Of a DNA stretch of 64,000 bases, positions 12,837-22,445 are shown one piece after another. Under the pieces are notes generated by a model. It had not been told where the DNA came from. It ran no database searches and saw only the letters and a list, made by a program, of their open reading frames with translations. The DNA is from Puniceicoccaceae bacterium (GTDB lineage: Bacteria > Verrucomicrobiota > Verrucomicrobiia > Opitutales > JAFGAQ01): NCBI GenBank assembly GCA_028285755.1, contig JANQOQ010000006.1:734184-798183 (forward strand), given 5' to 3'. Both the position numbers and the translations under genes were made by a program. Positions within the stretch are counted from its first letter, which is position 1. Every line of letters begins with the position of its first letter.

Positions 12837-13358
12837 TTATGATTCATTTCCAATTTTGGGGTCCAAGACTGTTGAAAGATTGAGCAGTACCAGCAGTTGA
12901 TCCTGCAGCCTTACCACCCCTTTCACAAACTTGGCATCCAATTTACTATCTTGATTCGGTGTTATTAAAATATCCTTGGATTCGATGCTGAGGACATCTC
13001 CGATACGGTCTACATAGAGGCCGATTTTGTCGTTCATGGTGCTGTCTTCCAGATCGCTGCTGCCATAGTTATCTTCAATTTCTTCATTCGTCTTTAAAAC
13101 GATGCAGCAACTATGTTCGGAGTTTTCTTCTTTATCTATATAGGCCAGGCGGTTTGCCAAATCCATAACGGTCACCACCTGCCCGCGTAAGTTTAGAACG
13201 CCTTTCACGTATTCCGGAACCTTCGCTACCGGCGTGATGTCCAGGTTTTGATTAATTTCACGCACCATCAATATGCTGATGCCAAATAAATCATCCCCCA
13301 GGTAAAAGGTCATATATTGGTGTTCACTAATAAGAGTCTGGTTATTCACGGCAATCAA
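12837..13358 (-). CDS. cheW: Chemotaxis coupling protein CheW
   Basis: 'YMTFYLG', 'VREI', 'ITPV..VPEYVKGVLNLRGQVVTVMDL', 'GLYVD'; TTG/GTG start uncertain. Confidence 0.93.
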   Translation of the reverse strand: MIAVNNQTLISEHQYMTFYLGDDLFGISILMVREINQNLDITPVAKVPEYVKGVLNLRGQVVTVMDLANRLAYIDKEENSEHSCCIVLKTNEEIEDNYGSSDLEDSTMNDKIGLYVDRIGDVLSIESKDILITPNQDSKLDAKFVKGVVRLQDQLLVLLNLSTVLDPKIGNES

Positions 13359-13408
13359 CTAAAAGAACTAATTCGATGGGTTTACTTACAATCTATTTTC
13401 AACTAGAG

Positions 13409-13438
13409 GTATCGACCTGTCTGACAGTGAGTTTAGGG
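13409..13438 (-). promoter_or_regulatory. Putative sigma28 (FliA)-type promoter of the che operon
   Basis: Minus strand reads CCCTAAA-N15-GTCGATAC; consensus is TAAA-N15-GCCGATAA. Confidence 0.65.
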
Positions 13439-13571
13439 TAATTGTAAAAAAAACGGGGAATCGAGTTATGTTGTGAAAATTTAATAACAAGCCTAACGAG
13501 ATGCCGCTCAAATCAGCCAATTGTTTAGAATTTATGAAGATTCTATAAAAAATGGAGAGCATTGGGGTGTG

Positions 13572-13601
13572 CCCTAAACCCACATATGCCGTAACCGATG
13601 T
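13572..13601 (+). promoter_or_regulatory. Putative sigma28 (FliA)-type promoter of the divergent REC gene
   Basis: CCCTAAA-N15-ACCGATGT, same spacing and the same CCCTAAAC(C/T)CAC -35 context as the opposite promoter. Confidence 0.6.
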
Positions 13602-13608
13602 CCTAAGC

Positions 13609-15132
13609 ATGATTATTTTGGATGAATCGCTCCGAGATTCCGATTCTCTGAGTAGTATGCTGGTTCAGATGTACGCGACTCTCTTTCAGGAGGATAGCCG
13701 TTTGCATATCCTTTGTGATAAAACGGGGAAGCGGCTGGCACAATTGGGTGCTGAAACTATCGGAACCCATCATCAAGAGGGCCTTCAGAATGTCCTGAAT
13801 AAAGTTCTGCCGGATACCTTAACTGAAGTGTTATCGGAGGAATTGGAGCAAGAGATCAGCCTCGAACTCGTAGGAAAACTTAATGATTACTACAGAGCCA
13901 AGCTCCAAAAAGTCAGTGTTTGCTCCTTATGTTTAAACAAGCTTCCGTTATTTAGGATCAGTTTTGAATTTGCGGGTAGCGATAACGAAAATGCGCCTAA
14001 CGGCTCCAAGGCTATGCCTGATTACGGATATGCGGTGATAGACCTTAAGACGGGTTTATTTTTAGATTACAACTCCCATTATTTAAAATGCTCCAGATAT
14101 GATCAGACGCAGCTGGAACGCGCCCGATATACAGAGCTGGGCCACGATTTGGCAGTGACTCACGGCTTATTGTATTCTTCGGACCAGTGTTATTATCAGT
14201 CTACACTGAATCCTGAATACCCGGCAAGGTATTGGACGGTTAGCCAGAAACTTACTGTTCAGGGGAGGGATTGCCTGAAACTGTGGATACTTCCACAGCC
14301 TATTGAAGAAAACCCAACCAAGCTGAATGAGGCTGAAGATCACGAACCTGTCAGTAAAAAGAAAACTCGAGTGCTGGTCGTAGATGATGAACTTCTTCTG
14401 CAACAGACGTGCAGTGCTTTACTCGAACACCTGAATTGCGATGTAAAAAGTGCAATGAATGGTAAGAAGGCTTTAGAGATATTGGAGCAACAAACCTTTG
14501 ATCTTGTTCTGCTGGATATGAATATGCCTTTTCTCAATGGTTTTGATACCGCCAGGCTTATACGTAATTCGGAAAAAACGTATAATGATATCCCAATCGT
14601 CGCAATGACGGGCGCGAACACAGAGAGTGATACCTCGCAGGCACAATTTAAGCATTTCGATTCCATATTGCATAAGCCTTTTGCCATGCAGCAACTTGTT
14701 GATTGCCTGGATGTCTTTCGTATAAATCAGCTCAATTCCCATCCTAAAGATGATGCAACAACCGATTCTCAACCGAACTCACAAGCAACTGACTATATCC
14801 CTACGCTCACTTTAAAGCAATTTAAAGATCAACCCGATATTCTTTCGCACCTAAGGCTCACATTCATTCAGTGCCTAAGCACAGACGTGGAAGGGCTCGA
14901 AGCTGCCAGGCATGATACAAAGAAGCTCGCTTACTTGCTTAGCCAGATATCCGGTATGGCCTTAAATATGGGAGCGCAGGCACTCTACAGGGAAACCACT
15001 CAGAAAGAAATCAACGTAGACTCACTGATTATTCGCGCGAATGAGGCGATCGATTTTTACAAAGACATTGACTGGAAAGACTTTCTGCAAAAAAAAGATG
15101 ATCTGGAAACTAGTCTAACTATAGCTGCTTGA
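13609..15132 (+). CDS. Response regulator-like protein (unknown/PAS-like N-terminus, REC, degenerate Hpt-like C-terminus)
   Basis: Intact REC 'VLVVDDE','LLDMNMP','AMTG','HKPF'; C-terminal 'LLSQISGMALNMGAQAL' resembles the Hpt helix; start at ATG 13609 favoured because the sigma28-like promoter lies inside the longer 13552 frame. Confidence 0.8.
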   Translation: MIILDESLRDSDSLSSMLVQMYATLFQEDSRLHILCDKTGKRLAQLGAETIGTHHQEGLQNVLNKVLPDTLTEVLSEELEQEISLELVGKLNDYYRAKLQKVSVCSLCLNKLPLFRISFEFAGSDNENAPNGSKAMPDYGYAVIDLKTGLFLDYNSHYLKCSRYDQTQLERARYTELGHDLAVTHGLLYSSDQCYYQSTLNPEYPARYWTVSQKLTVQGRDCLKLWILPQPIEENPTKLNEAEDHEPVSKKKTRVLVVDDELLLQQTCSALLEHLNCDVKSAMNGKKALEILEQQTFDLVLLDMNMPFLNGFDTARLIRNSEKTYNDIPIVAMTGANTESDTSQAQFKHFDSILHKPFAMQQLVDCLDVFRINQLNSHPKDDATTDSQPNSQATDYIPTLTLKQFKDQPDILSHLRLTFIQCLSTDVEGLEAARHDTKKLAYLLSQISGMALNMGAQALYRETTQKEINVDSLIIRANEAIDFYKDIDWKDFLQKKDDLETSLTIAA

Positions 15133-15205
15133 GAACTCCGGCCTTTTCACGCGCGACAGAGATATACCCCATTAAGGGGGCTAGTCCCAAAAATCGAAAC
15201 ACAGC

Positions 15206-16762
15206 ATGTCCAGCTCCATTCACCCAGGAACCATAGTCGTAATCGATGATGATGAAATTAACCTCAAAATCATTGAATTATCGCTTAGCGAAAAAAGTTA
15301 TCGGGTAATCAGCTACAAAAACCCTGAAGACTGCTTAAAGTCGCTCACCGCTGAGACCGTCAATGAATGCGTCTGCGTGATCTCTGACTATATGATGCAG
15401 GCGATGACCGGGGTAGACTTACTCAAACATGTCCATACACTGGATCCGGCACTGTCGGTAATTATAACCACCGCTCAACGGTCACGGGCTATCATACAAG
15501 AGGCTCTCAGGGAAGGGGCCATCGACTTTTTGGACAAACCCGTAACTTTAGAAGCTCTCTACAACACTGTAGAGAATGCCTGTAACCAGACGCTCATTAA
15601 GCGCAGGAATGCCGCGTCAACCCAAAGCCTGTTAGCTGCCAAATCCCACGATTATCTGGAAAAGGTTGAGACACCCGGATGGAAACAAAAAGTGAGACAC
15701 TTCATGCTCGCCAAGCATCAACTGGGAGGCGATTTTGTGTCCGCATTCGAAACCCGGCAAAATGTAAAATATTGCATTTTGGGAGATGTCTCCGGACATG
15801 ATATTCAATCTGCGTTAATTTCCAGCCATTTCCTGGGGATACTTGAGGGACGCCGCATGAGTAATGAAGTAATCAATATGGGGGATGTACTCATGAATTA
15901 TAATAAGCAGCTCCTGGAAGAACGAATGGACTCTGAAAAATCATTCGCATCGAAATCCATCTCTTTGAGTATTTGCTCCATTCGGATAGAAGAATCAACC
16001 AATCAACTGGCAGTTATTAATGCCGGGATCCCGCCGCTTTATGTATTTAGCGATACTCCGGGCGTCTCTCTCATCCATCCAAACTTTCAACCCCTGGGCT
16101 GGTTTGATAACGAGGGTTATTCGCCAGTGTTATATGACTTGGATCAGGTGAGGATGATTAAGACTTTTACCGATGGGATCTACGAATATGCCTTTAAGAA
16201 CGATTGGGACATCCTGAGCCTTGTGGCCCATATAGAGAAGAGCTCGCAAGAAGAAGTAAATGCGCTGCTTGCAGATTGTGAGGATGACATCCTATCACTC
16301 AGCATTGCCTTTAGTCATGATGAAGAAAACGCTATCCCTCTAATCTACCAGGAGTTTGCCGGTGATCAGGCGAAGCAAATCGATGCGTTTGAAAAGAGGT
16401 GGAAGCGTAGCCTGGCACTCTTTTTTAATAACCCCAGAAATCCTAAAATAGACCGCATGCTGCTCGCATGTCGTGAGGCTGCACTCAATGCTATGAATCA
16501 TGGTTGTAAACAGGCAGCTGATCAAAAAGCCACTCTGTCAGTGAGCTACAATCCGAAAAATGAAATCCTTGAGGCGGTTATTAAAGACCCGGGTGAAGGC
16601 CACGATTTCGATGTTGAAGAGAGGCTCGATAATTTACTGGAAGCCAAGCCCGGACAGCTGGGGATCGCACTCATCTCCAAATTAGTGGATGAGTTCAACG
16701 CCGAACGCAGGGGAGCCACTTTGATATTGCGCAATGCGCTTAATGCAGATCACAAAGAGTAG
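15206..16762 (+). CDS. REC - SpoIIE/RsbU-like PP2C phosphatase - RsbW-like Ser kinase fusion
   Basis: REC 'VIDDD','ISDYMM','DKP'; PP2C 'GGDF','GDVSGH','TDGI','EDD'; HATPase 'EAALNAMNHG','DPGEG','LGIALI'. Confidence 0.88.
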   Translation: MSSSIHPGTIVVIDDDEINLKIIELSLSEKSYRVISYKNPEDCLKSLTAETVNECVCVISDYMMQAMTGVDLLKHVHTLDPALSVIITTAQRSRAIIQEALREGAIDFLDKPVTLEALYNTVENACNQTLIKRRNAASTQSLLAAKSHDYLEKVETPGWKQKVRHFMLAKHQLGGDFVSAFETRQNVKYCILGDVSGHDIQSALISSHFLGILEGRRMSNEVINMGDVLMNYNKQLLEERMDSEKSFASKSISLSICSIRIEESTNQLAVINAGIPPLYVFSDTPGVSLIHPNFQPLGWFDNEGYSPVLYDLDQVRMIKTFTDGIYEYAFKNDWDILSLVAHIEKSSQEEVNALLADCEDDILSLSIAFSHDEENAIPLIYQEFAGDQAKQIDAFEKRWKRSLALFFNNPRNPKIDRMLLACREAALNAMNHGCKQAADQKATLSVSYNPKNEILEAVIKDPGEGHDFDVEERLDNLLEAKPGQLGIALISKLVDEFNAERRGATLILRNALNADHKE

Positions 16763-16856
16763 GTGATTCTTTACTTGATTGCAGTCAGGCAGCCCGTAAG
16801 CTGTGTCCTTTAAAAGTTTACCCACGCTTTAAAAATACCTTACCTATAATTACATC

Positions 16857-18677
16857 ATGACTTGGGAAATGATATTTGCGCTGGTATTGCTGGTGCTCAC
16901 GCTAGGCAGTTTCATCTGGGAGAAAGTCTCCACAGATGTCACGGCCATCCTCGCATTTGCAGTGATAATATTAGTCCCGGCAATATTCAAGGATGCACAA
17001 TGGCCCCAATTCGAAGATGTGATTACCGTATTTTCAAGCAGTGCGCCGATCACGATCGGGGCCATGTTTATCGTTAGCGCTGCACTGAGTAAATGTGGAA
17101 CCATTGAACAGCTATCCAATTTTTTAACGAAGCTTAAAAATATTGGCTATTTCAGAATGATTCTGGTGCTGGTATTTACTGTGGGGTTTGCGTCTGCGTT
17201 TATCAATAATACCCCCGTTGTGGTAATACTGCTGCCGGTCATGCTAAGTCTGGCGCGCTCGATGAGTATTCCTGCATCCAAGTTATTGATCCCTCTATCC
17301 TACGCCTCTATTTTTGGGGGTACTTGTACCTTATTAGGCACGAGTACCAACATTCTTGCCAGCGGCATCATATCTGAGCACGGGCTACCCGCGCTGAGTA
17401 TGTTTGAAATCACGGCGGTTGGTATACCGCTGCTTTTTTGCGGTACGGCTTATTTGGCGATTTTCGGGAAAAAGCTACTGCCCAATCGCGAAACCCTGAC
17501 CTCTATCCTGACCGATCAGGAGCGGATGGAATTTATCACGGAGGTCTATGTAAGGGAAAATTCGCCGCTGATCGGTACTACGTTATCCGAAAATGATCTC
17601 AGGCGCAAACATGGGGTGCGCGTGCTGGAAATTATTCGTAATGGCGTTGCGATCGAGGGAGTGATCAAGGAGATTCCGCTTAAAGCTGGAGACCGCCTTG
17701 TGCTCTCGGCCCGTCCTTCGGGTATTGCGAAGGCGCAGAGCCTGACGGGGTTTCATATTGGAACCGAGTCGGAAATGGGGCTTGAAACGATCACAGCCCA
17801 GGAGGGGGCAATCGTTGAGGCGTTGCTCTCACCGAATTCGAGCATAATCGGTAAGACAATCCAGGAGATCAATTTCCGCCAGCGATTCCGTATGGTGGTA
17901 CTTGCGATCCACCGGCACGGGCGTAATGTGCGCGACCGGATCAATACCATAAAACTGGATCGCGGAGATACCCTGCTTTTGATGGGCACGGATCAGGCGA
18001 TTGAAAACTTACACACCGGGGATGATCTCATATTGCTGGATCGTCCTCCCGTGCCCGGAAAGCAAATGCGTAAGAAGGCGCCTATCGTCATCGCGGTTTT
18101 GCTGGGTATTATTTTGAGTGCATCGTTTAACTGGATGCCCATTGCGGCGGCAACGATCATTGGAGTGGCCATTATTTTCCTGACGGGTTGTTTGCAACCC
18201 AAGCAGGCTTACGCCTCAGTGGAATGGAGTCTGCTGCTTTTGATTTATGGTATGTTGGGCCTGGGTATGACGCTTGAGATGACCGGGGCCACGGAGTTTA
18301 TCGTGGGGAACCTCAATGCGACGATACAATGGCTCATTGCAGAGCCGTGGAGACCGCTCGCCTCATTGATCGTGTTGTATCTCTGCACGTCCATATTCAC
18401 CGAATTGCTGTCCAACAATGCGACGGTCGTCATTATGATACCGTTCGCTTTGTCCATCGCCGAATCCCTGGGGGTGGACAGCCGGCCTTTCATCATAGCC
18501 GTGTGCATCGCATCCTCCGCCAGTTTTTCTACCCCAATCGGGTATCAAACCAATACCTATGTTTACAGTGTGGGAGGTTACCGGTTTTCAGATTTCTTTA
18601 AAGTGGGAGCGCCGCTAAATGCGCTCTACTTTGTGGCCTCGATGATCCTGATCCCGATGATTTGGCCGTTTAGCTAA
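16857..18677 (+). CDS. SLC13/DASS family anion permease with two TrkA-C domains
   Basis: Multi-TM; '[10 protein letters not shown]', '[12 protein letters not shown]', central TrkA-C repeats, 'LSNNAT', 'TPIGYQTN'. Confidence 0.93.
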   Translation: MTWEMIFALVLLVLTLGSFIWEKVSTDVTAILAFAVIILVPAIFKDAQWPQFEDVITVFSSSAPITIGAMFIVSAALSKCGTIEQLSNFLTKLKNIGYFRMILVLVFTVGFASAFINNTPVVVILLPVMLSLARSMSIPASKLLIPLSYASIFGGTCTLLGTSTNILASGIISEHGLPALSMFEITAVGIPLLFCGTAYLAIFGKKLLPNRETLTSILTDQERMEFITEVYVRENSPLIGTTLSENDLRRKHGVRVLEIIRNGVAIEGVIKEIPLKAGDRLVLSARPSGIAKAQSLTGFHIGTESEMGLETITAQEGAIVEALLSPNSSIIGKTIQEINFRQRFRMVVLAIHRHGRNVRDRINTIKLDRGDTLLLMGTDQAIENLHTGDDLILLDRPPVPGKQMRKKAPIVIAVLLGIILSASFNWMPIAAATIIGVAIIFLTGCLQPKQAYASVEWSLLLLIYGMLGLGMTLEMTGATEFIVGNLNATIQWLIAEPWRPLASLIVLYLCTSIFTELLSNNATVVIMIPFALSIAESLGVDSRPFIIAVCIASSASFSTPIGYQTNTYVYSVGGYRFSDFFKVGAPLNALYFVASMILIPMIWPFS

Positions 18678-20844
18678 CGGCCAGCTTGTCGCCTTCCGTA
18701 TCTCTTTCTTTCATGAGTTTGCGGGAGCATCTCTGGATCGCCTGGATAATTGATTTCTTGGTAAGGGGTTTGCTTAGATAATCATCCATTCCCACCTGGA
18801 TACACTTTTCGCGATCCCCTTTCATGGCTTTGGCGGTCATGGCGATAATATGGATGGAACTATCAATGAGTGCATCTTCGCCACTGCGAATATATTGAGT
18901 GGCTTCGTAGCCATCCATTTCCGGCATCATGCAATCCATCAATATACAATCGTAGCTTCTACGACGAAGTTTCTCAAGGCAGATCAATCCATTTTCAGCA
19001 AGTGTAACTTTGTGCCCCATTTTCTCCAGGAGGATTCTAGCCAGCTTGCGATTCGTCAAATTATCTTCAACCAGCAATAAATCAAGGGATTCAGCCGTAT
19101 GCTCAATGTGATCCGCTGGAATCGTTGTGACTTCCTCGATCCCTTTATCAATGGTTTGTAATACTGCTTCTATACATTTAAAAGCATTCTGAACGATCAC
19201 CGGTTTGTATATGATGTTTTTGAAACCGTGGGATTTCCAATGAGATTTGAGTAACGTATCCTTAACATTCAGAAAGATAAATACCTTGTTAATGTTGATA
19301 CCTTCCTGTTTCACAAATTCAGCGAATTTGATGATATGACTTTCAAATAGAGCCTCCGAATCCAGCAGGAATACATGGTTTGAAAGTGAACAGCAGGAAT
19401 CCGTATCGAGTTTTGCAAAATAATCTTCCATCGATTCCATTACCATACCCTTGAAGCTCACCAGTTTATTGTTAGTGAAGAGATTGCGAAATGATTTCCT
19501 TGGAGATATGACTACTCTGCAGGCTTCCTTAATATGTTCGAATGGATTGAGTGCCTCCGGTATCTCAGGGACTGGTTTCAGGGGTAAATCAAACCAGAAG
19601 TTTGAGCCCTTGCCCTCTTTACTATCAACACCAATGCTCCCTTTCATAAGCTCAGTCAGGCGTTTACAAATGGATAGGCCCAGGCCCGTGCCCCCGTGCT
19701 TACGTGTGGAGGACCCATCAACTTGGATAAACGGTTCAAACAGGGTTTTGAGCCGGCTCTCGGGGATTCCGATTCCGGTATCCATAATTTCAAAATGAAG
19801 CATATCCGCCTTTTGATTTTCTGCTGAAGATATCCTGAGTATGACTTCCCCATCTTCAGTAAATTTAACAGCGTTGCCCAATAGATTTACCAGAATCTGT
19901 TGAATCCTTACGGAGTCGCCAACATAGGCTTCGGGAATCCTGGAATCTATGTCCACAAGCAGCTCAACATTCTGTTTATTCGCTTTTGCTACTATTTGCT
20001 GAATACTGCTCTCAACGACTTCAGTCATGACAAATTCATCCTGCAAGATGTCGATCTTATCGGCTTCAATCTTTGAGAAATCCAAAATGTCGTTAATAAT
20101 TGCGATGAGTGATTCCGCACTGTTGAGCACGGTGTTTGCAAAGAAGCGCTGCTCCTGGTTCAAAGGGGTATCCAGCAATAAGTCGATCATACCGATCACC
20201 CCGTTCATCGGCGTGCGGATTTCATGACTCATGTTTGCCAGGAATTCTGATTTTAAGCGGGCTCCCTCGAGTGCTGAGTCCCGGGCGATTTTGAGCTCCT
20301 TATTGGCATTATTCAATCGATCGGCAATCTGGCTCAATTGACTATTCCGATCTGACAAAATGGCTTCCTGCTTTATGTTGGCGACTAACTTTTGCTCCAG
20401 CAACTGGTTCTGAATCTTCACCAAAGAATGCACATTCACCAGTCCTATAAATTTCTTATTATCATCCACGAGCACGATATCATCGTAATAGACTTCTTTT
20501 TCCCGTGAGAAGGCCATGCTGAGGGCCTCAACGATCGATGTTTTGTAATGTATGCTGAGGCATTCGGTCATCATGCAGTTCTCGATCGCCCGCTGGCTGA
20601 AAATATCAAAGCCAAATCGGGCTGACATCATCATACCAATGTCCGTTCGTGAGCATAAACCAGCCAAAATTTCGTTTTCGTCAACGACTGCAATAAAATT
20701 AGATTTAGTCTCCTTAAAGAGCTTCTGAACTTCCTCAAGGCTCAAGGATTTTTCAATGCTTTGAGATGAATACACCAAGTCAGGAAGGGCTAAATCCAGA
20801 CCTTGTCTATCGACCCCGTCATACACTTCACCGGTGAGGCTCAT
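18670..20844 (-). CDS. Cytoplasmic hybrid histidine kinase (CBS pair, HisKA, HATPase, degenerate REC, REC)
   Basis: H-box '[15 protein letters not shown]', '[10 protein letters not shown]', 'DTGIGI', 'GGTGLGL', C-terminal REC 'VEDN','LMDCMMP'; N-terminal CBS-like pair; no TM segment seen. Confidence 0.92.
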   Translation of the reverse strand: MSLTGEVYDGVDRQGLDLALPDLVYSSQSIEKSLSLEEVQKLFKETKSNFIAVVDENEILAGLCSRTDIGMMMSARFGFDIFSQRAIENCMMTECLSIHYKTSIVEALSMAFSREKEVYYDDIVLVDDNKKFIGLVNVHSLVKIQNQLLEQKLVANIKQEAILSDRNSQLSQIADRLNNANKELKIARDSALEGARLKSEFLANMSHEIRTPMNGVIGMIDLLLDTPLNQEQRFFANTVLNSAESLIAIINDILDFSKIEADKIDILQDEFVMTEVVESSIQQIVAKANKQNVELLVDIDSRIPEAYVGDSVRIQQILVNLLGNAVKFTEDGEVILRISSAENQKADMLHFEIMDTGIGIPESRLKTLFEPFIQVDGSSTRKHGGTGLGLSICKRLTELMKGSIGVDSKEGKGSNFWFDLPLKPVPEIPEALNPFEHIKEACRVVISPRKSFRNLFTNNKLVSFKGMVMESMEDYFAKLDTDSCCSLSNHVFLLDSEALFESHIIKFAEFVKQEGININKVFIFLNVKDTLLKSHWKSHGFKNIIYKPVIVQNAFKCIEAVLQTIDKGIEEVTTIPADHIEHTAESLDLLLVEDNLTNRKLARILLEKMGHKVTLAENGLICLEKLRRRSYDCILMDCMMPEMDGYEATQYIRSGEDALIDSSIHIIAMTAKAMKGDREKCIQVGMDDYLSKPLTKKSIIQAIQRCSRKLMKERDTEGDKLAVS

Positions 20845-20891
20845 CTTTGGAAATTAAGGTAGACCATTTGGAGATATTCTTGAAATCACAG

Positions 20892-20910
20892 TTGTCACAA
20901 TGCTGTAACA
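20892..20910. promoter_or_regulatory. PHO-box-like 11-bp-spaced direct repeat
   Basis: TTGTCAC-AATG-CTGTAAC about 50 bp upstream of the CBS kinase; a weaker pair TTGTAAC-CTTA-ATGAAAC at 21001-21018. Confidence 0.5.
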
Positions 20911-21090
20911 ATAGATTATAATAGTGATGTGGATAAATTGGTAATAACTTCATAAATAACCGGTACTCAAGAGTCAATGCTCGAAAGTTATTACTCGATT
21001 TTGTAACCTTAATGAAACATTTTAATAAATTGGAGGCCTATTAAGGATATTTTTGGATTAAAATCTTATCTAAAATCCTTCAAGATGGTA

Positions 21091-21130
21091 AAAAGCAAAA
21101 GGGCTTCAGCGTTCTACGCTGAAGCCCTTA
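21091..21130 (-). terminator. Intrinsic terminator of fbaA
   Basis: Stem AAGGGCTTCAGCGT/ACGCTGAAGCCCTT with 3-nt loop, followed by a T-rich run on the minus strand. Confidence 0.85.
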
Positions 21131-21154
21131 TAAGTGCTAATAAATTGATTAAAC

Positions 21155-22183
21155 TTACGCGTAAATGGACTTACCACTCGATAGCAGATCATCACAGGCA
21201 CGGGCAATACGCGCCGCCATGGATTCTTCTGCTTTCTTAAGATAGCCGCGTGGGTCATACATCTTTTTGTTACCCAATTCACCGTCGATCATAAGGGCGC
21301 CATCGTAGTTCTTGAACATATGATCTACAATGGGGCGTGTGAAAGCATATTGAGTGTCAGTATCGACATTCATCTTAACGACGCCATAGCCGAGGGTCTC
21401 GCGAATTTGGTCAAGATCACTGCCGCTGCCGCCGTGGAATACGAGATCAAACTCGGATTCTGCACCGTATTTTTCCATCACGGCAGCCTGACCTTGCTTA
21501 AGGATTTCAGGACGTAGTTTTACAGCACCCGGTTTGTAGTGGCCATGCACATTACCGAAAGTTGCTGCGAATGTGAATCGGCCAATGCTGCTGAGGGCTT
21601 CATGCACGCTCACCATATCTTCCGGTGTGGTGTAGAGCTTTTCCTCAGGAGTATCTTCACTACCGGCTGCACCGTCTTCTTCACCGCCCACGACGCCAGC
21701 TTCAACTTCAAGTACGATTTCGTTTTCCACACAGAGTTTCAAAAGCTCAGCAGAGAGTGCCATATTTTCTTCAAGCGGAAGGTTGGAAGCGTCCAGCATG
21801 TGATTTTGAAAGAGATTATTCTGACCTTTCGCACGACGCTTTGCAGTGGCCTCGATCAAGACTTTCAAGAAGCTATCTGCCTTATCAGGTGGGCAGTGGT
21901 CGGTATTGAGGCCGATAAGCACATCATATTGCTCAGCGAGCATATGGGCTGCCTCTGCCAAAACGATACAACCATAGGCCATATCTTTATTGTTCAGACC
22001 TGATGCGAATTGACCGGCACCGGTAGAGAACTGAATGATGCCATCAGACTTTTGGTCTGCAAAGGCCTTCATAGCCGCGTTGAGAGTAATGATAGATGTG
22101 CAATTAATAGCGGGATAGGCGTATCCGCCTTCCTGTGCACTGTCCAGCATTGCTGCGAATTGTTTAGGTGTTGCTATTGGCAT
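21155..22183 (-). CDS. fbaA: Class II fructose-bisphosphate aldolase
   Basis: 'YAYPAIN','TDHC','EAGVVGGEEDG','FGNVHG.YKPG','FHGGSG','KMNVDTDTQYA','YDPR'. Confidence 0.97.
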   Translation of the reverse strand: MPIATPKQFAAMLDSAQEGGYAYPAINCTSIITLNAAMKAFADQKSDGIIQFSTGAGQFASGLNNKDMAYGCIVLAEAAHMLAEQYDVLIGLNTDHCPPDKADSFLKVLIEATAKRRAKGQNNLFQNHMLDASNLPLEENMALSAELLKLCVENEIVLEVEAGVVGGEEDGAAGSEDTPEEKLYTTPEDMVSVHEALSSIGRFTFAATFGNVHGHYKPGAVKLRPEILKQGQAAVMEKYGAESEFDLVFHGGSGSDLDQIRETLGYGVVKMNVDTDTQYAFTRPIVDHMFKNYDGALMIDGELGNKKMYDPRGYLKKAEESMAARIARACDDLLSSGKSIYA

Positions 22184-22445
22184 AACTTGTAATGGTTGCG
22201 GTTACTCTGTGAGATTGTAAATCGGAGTTCAATGCAAAATTAAAAAAATTAATAGTGAGATTCCCTGGATAAGTATGATTAAACTTAGTTATCCCTGAAA
22301 GCTCTATCTCCTAGGGTGAATCGAGTGATAGTAAAGTAAATTCATCGCGTATGAGCGGAATCTAAGCGGCTTCCGAGTAAGTCCTCTTATTGTATACTCT
22401 CCTTTTATTTGCCATCCATTTTTAAAACCTATGGTATGGCTGCTT

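Noticed and set aside
20928-20936. Perfect DnaA box (TGTGGATAA) in an AT-rich intergenic region, possible oriC
   Set aside because: Single box with no cluster; the other perfect boxes seen (34225, 38143) are inside coding sequence. A lone regulatory site cannot be excluded, but this is not enough for an origin call.
22268-22294. GGATAA...TTATCC inverted repeat between fbaA and the dehydrogenase
   Set aside because: Only 6-bp arms, no second copy noticed
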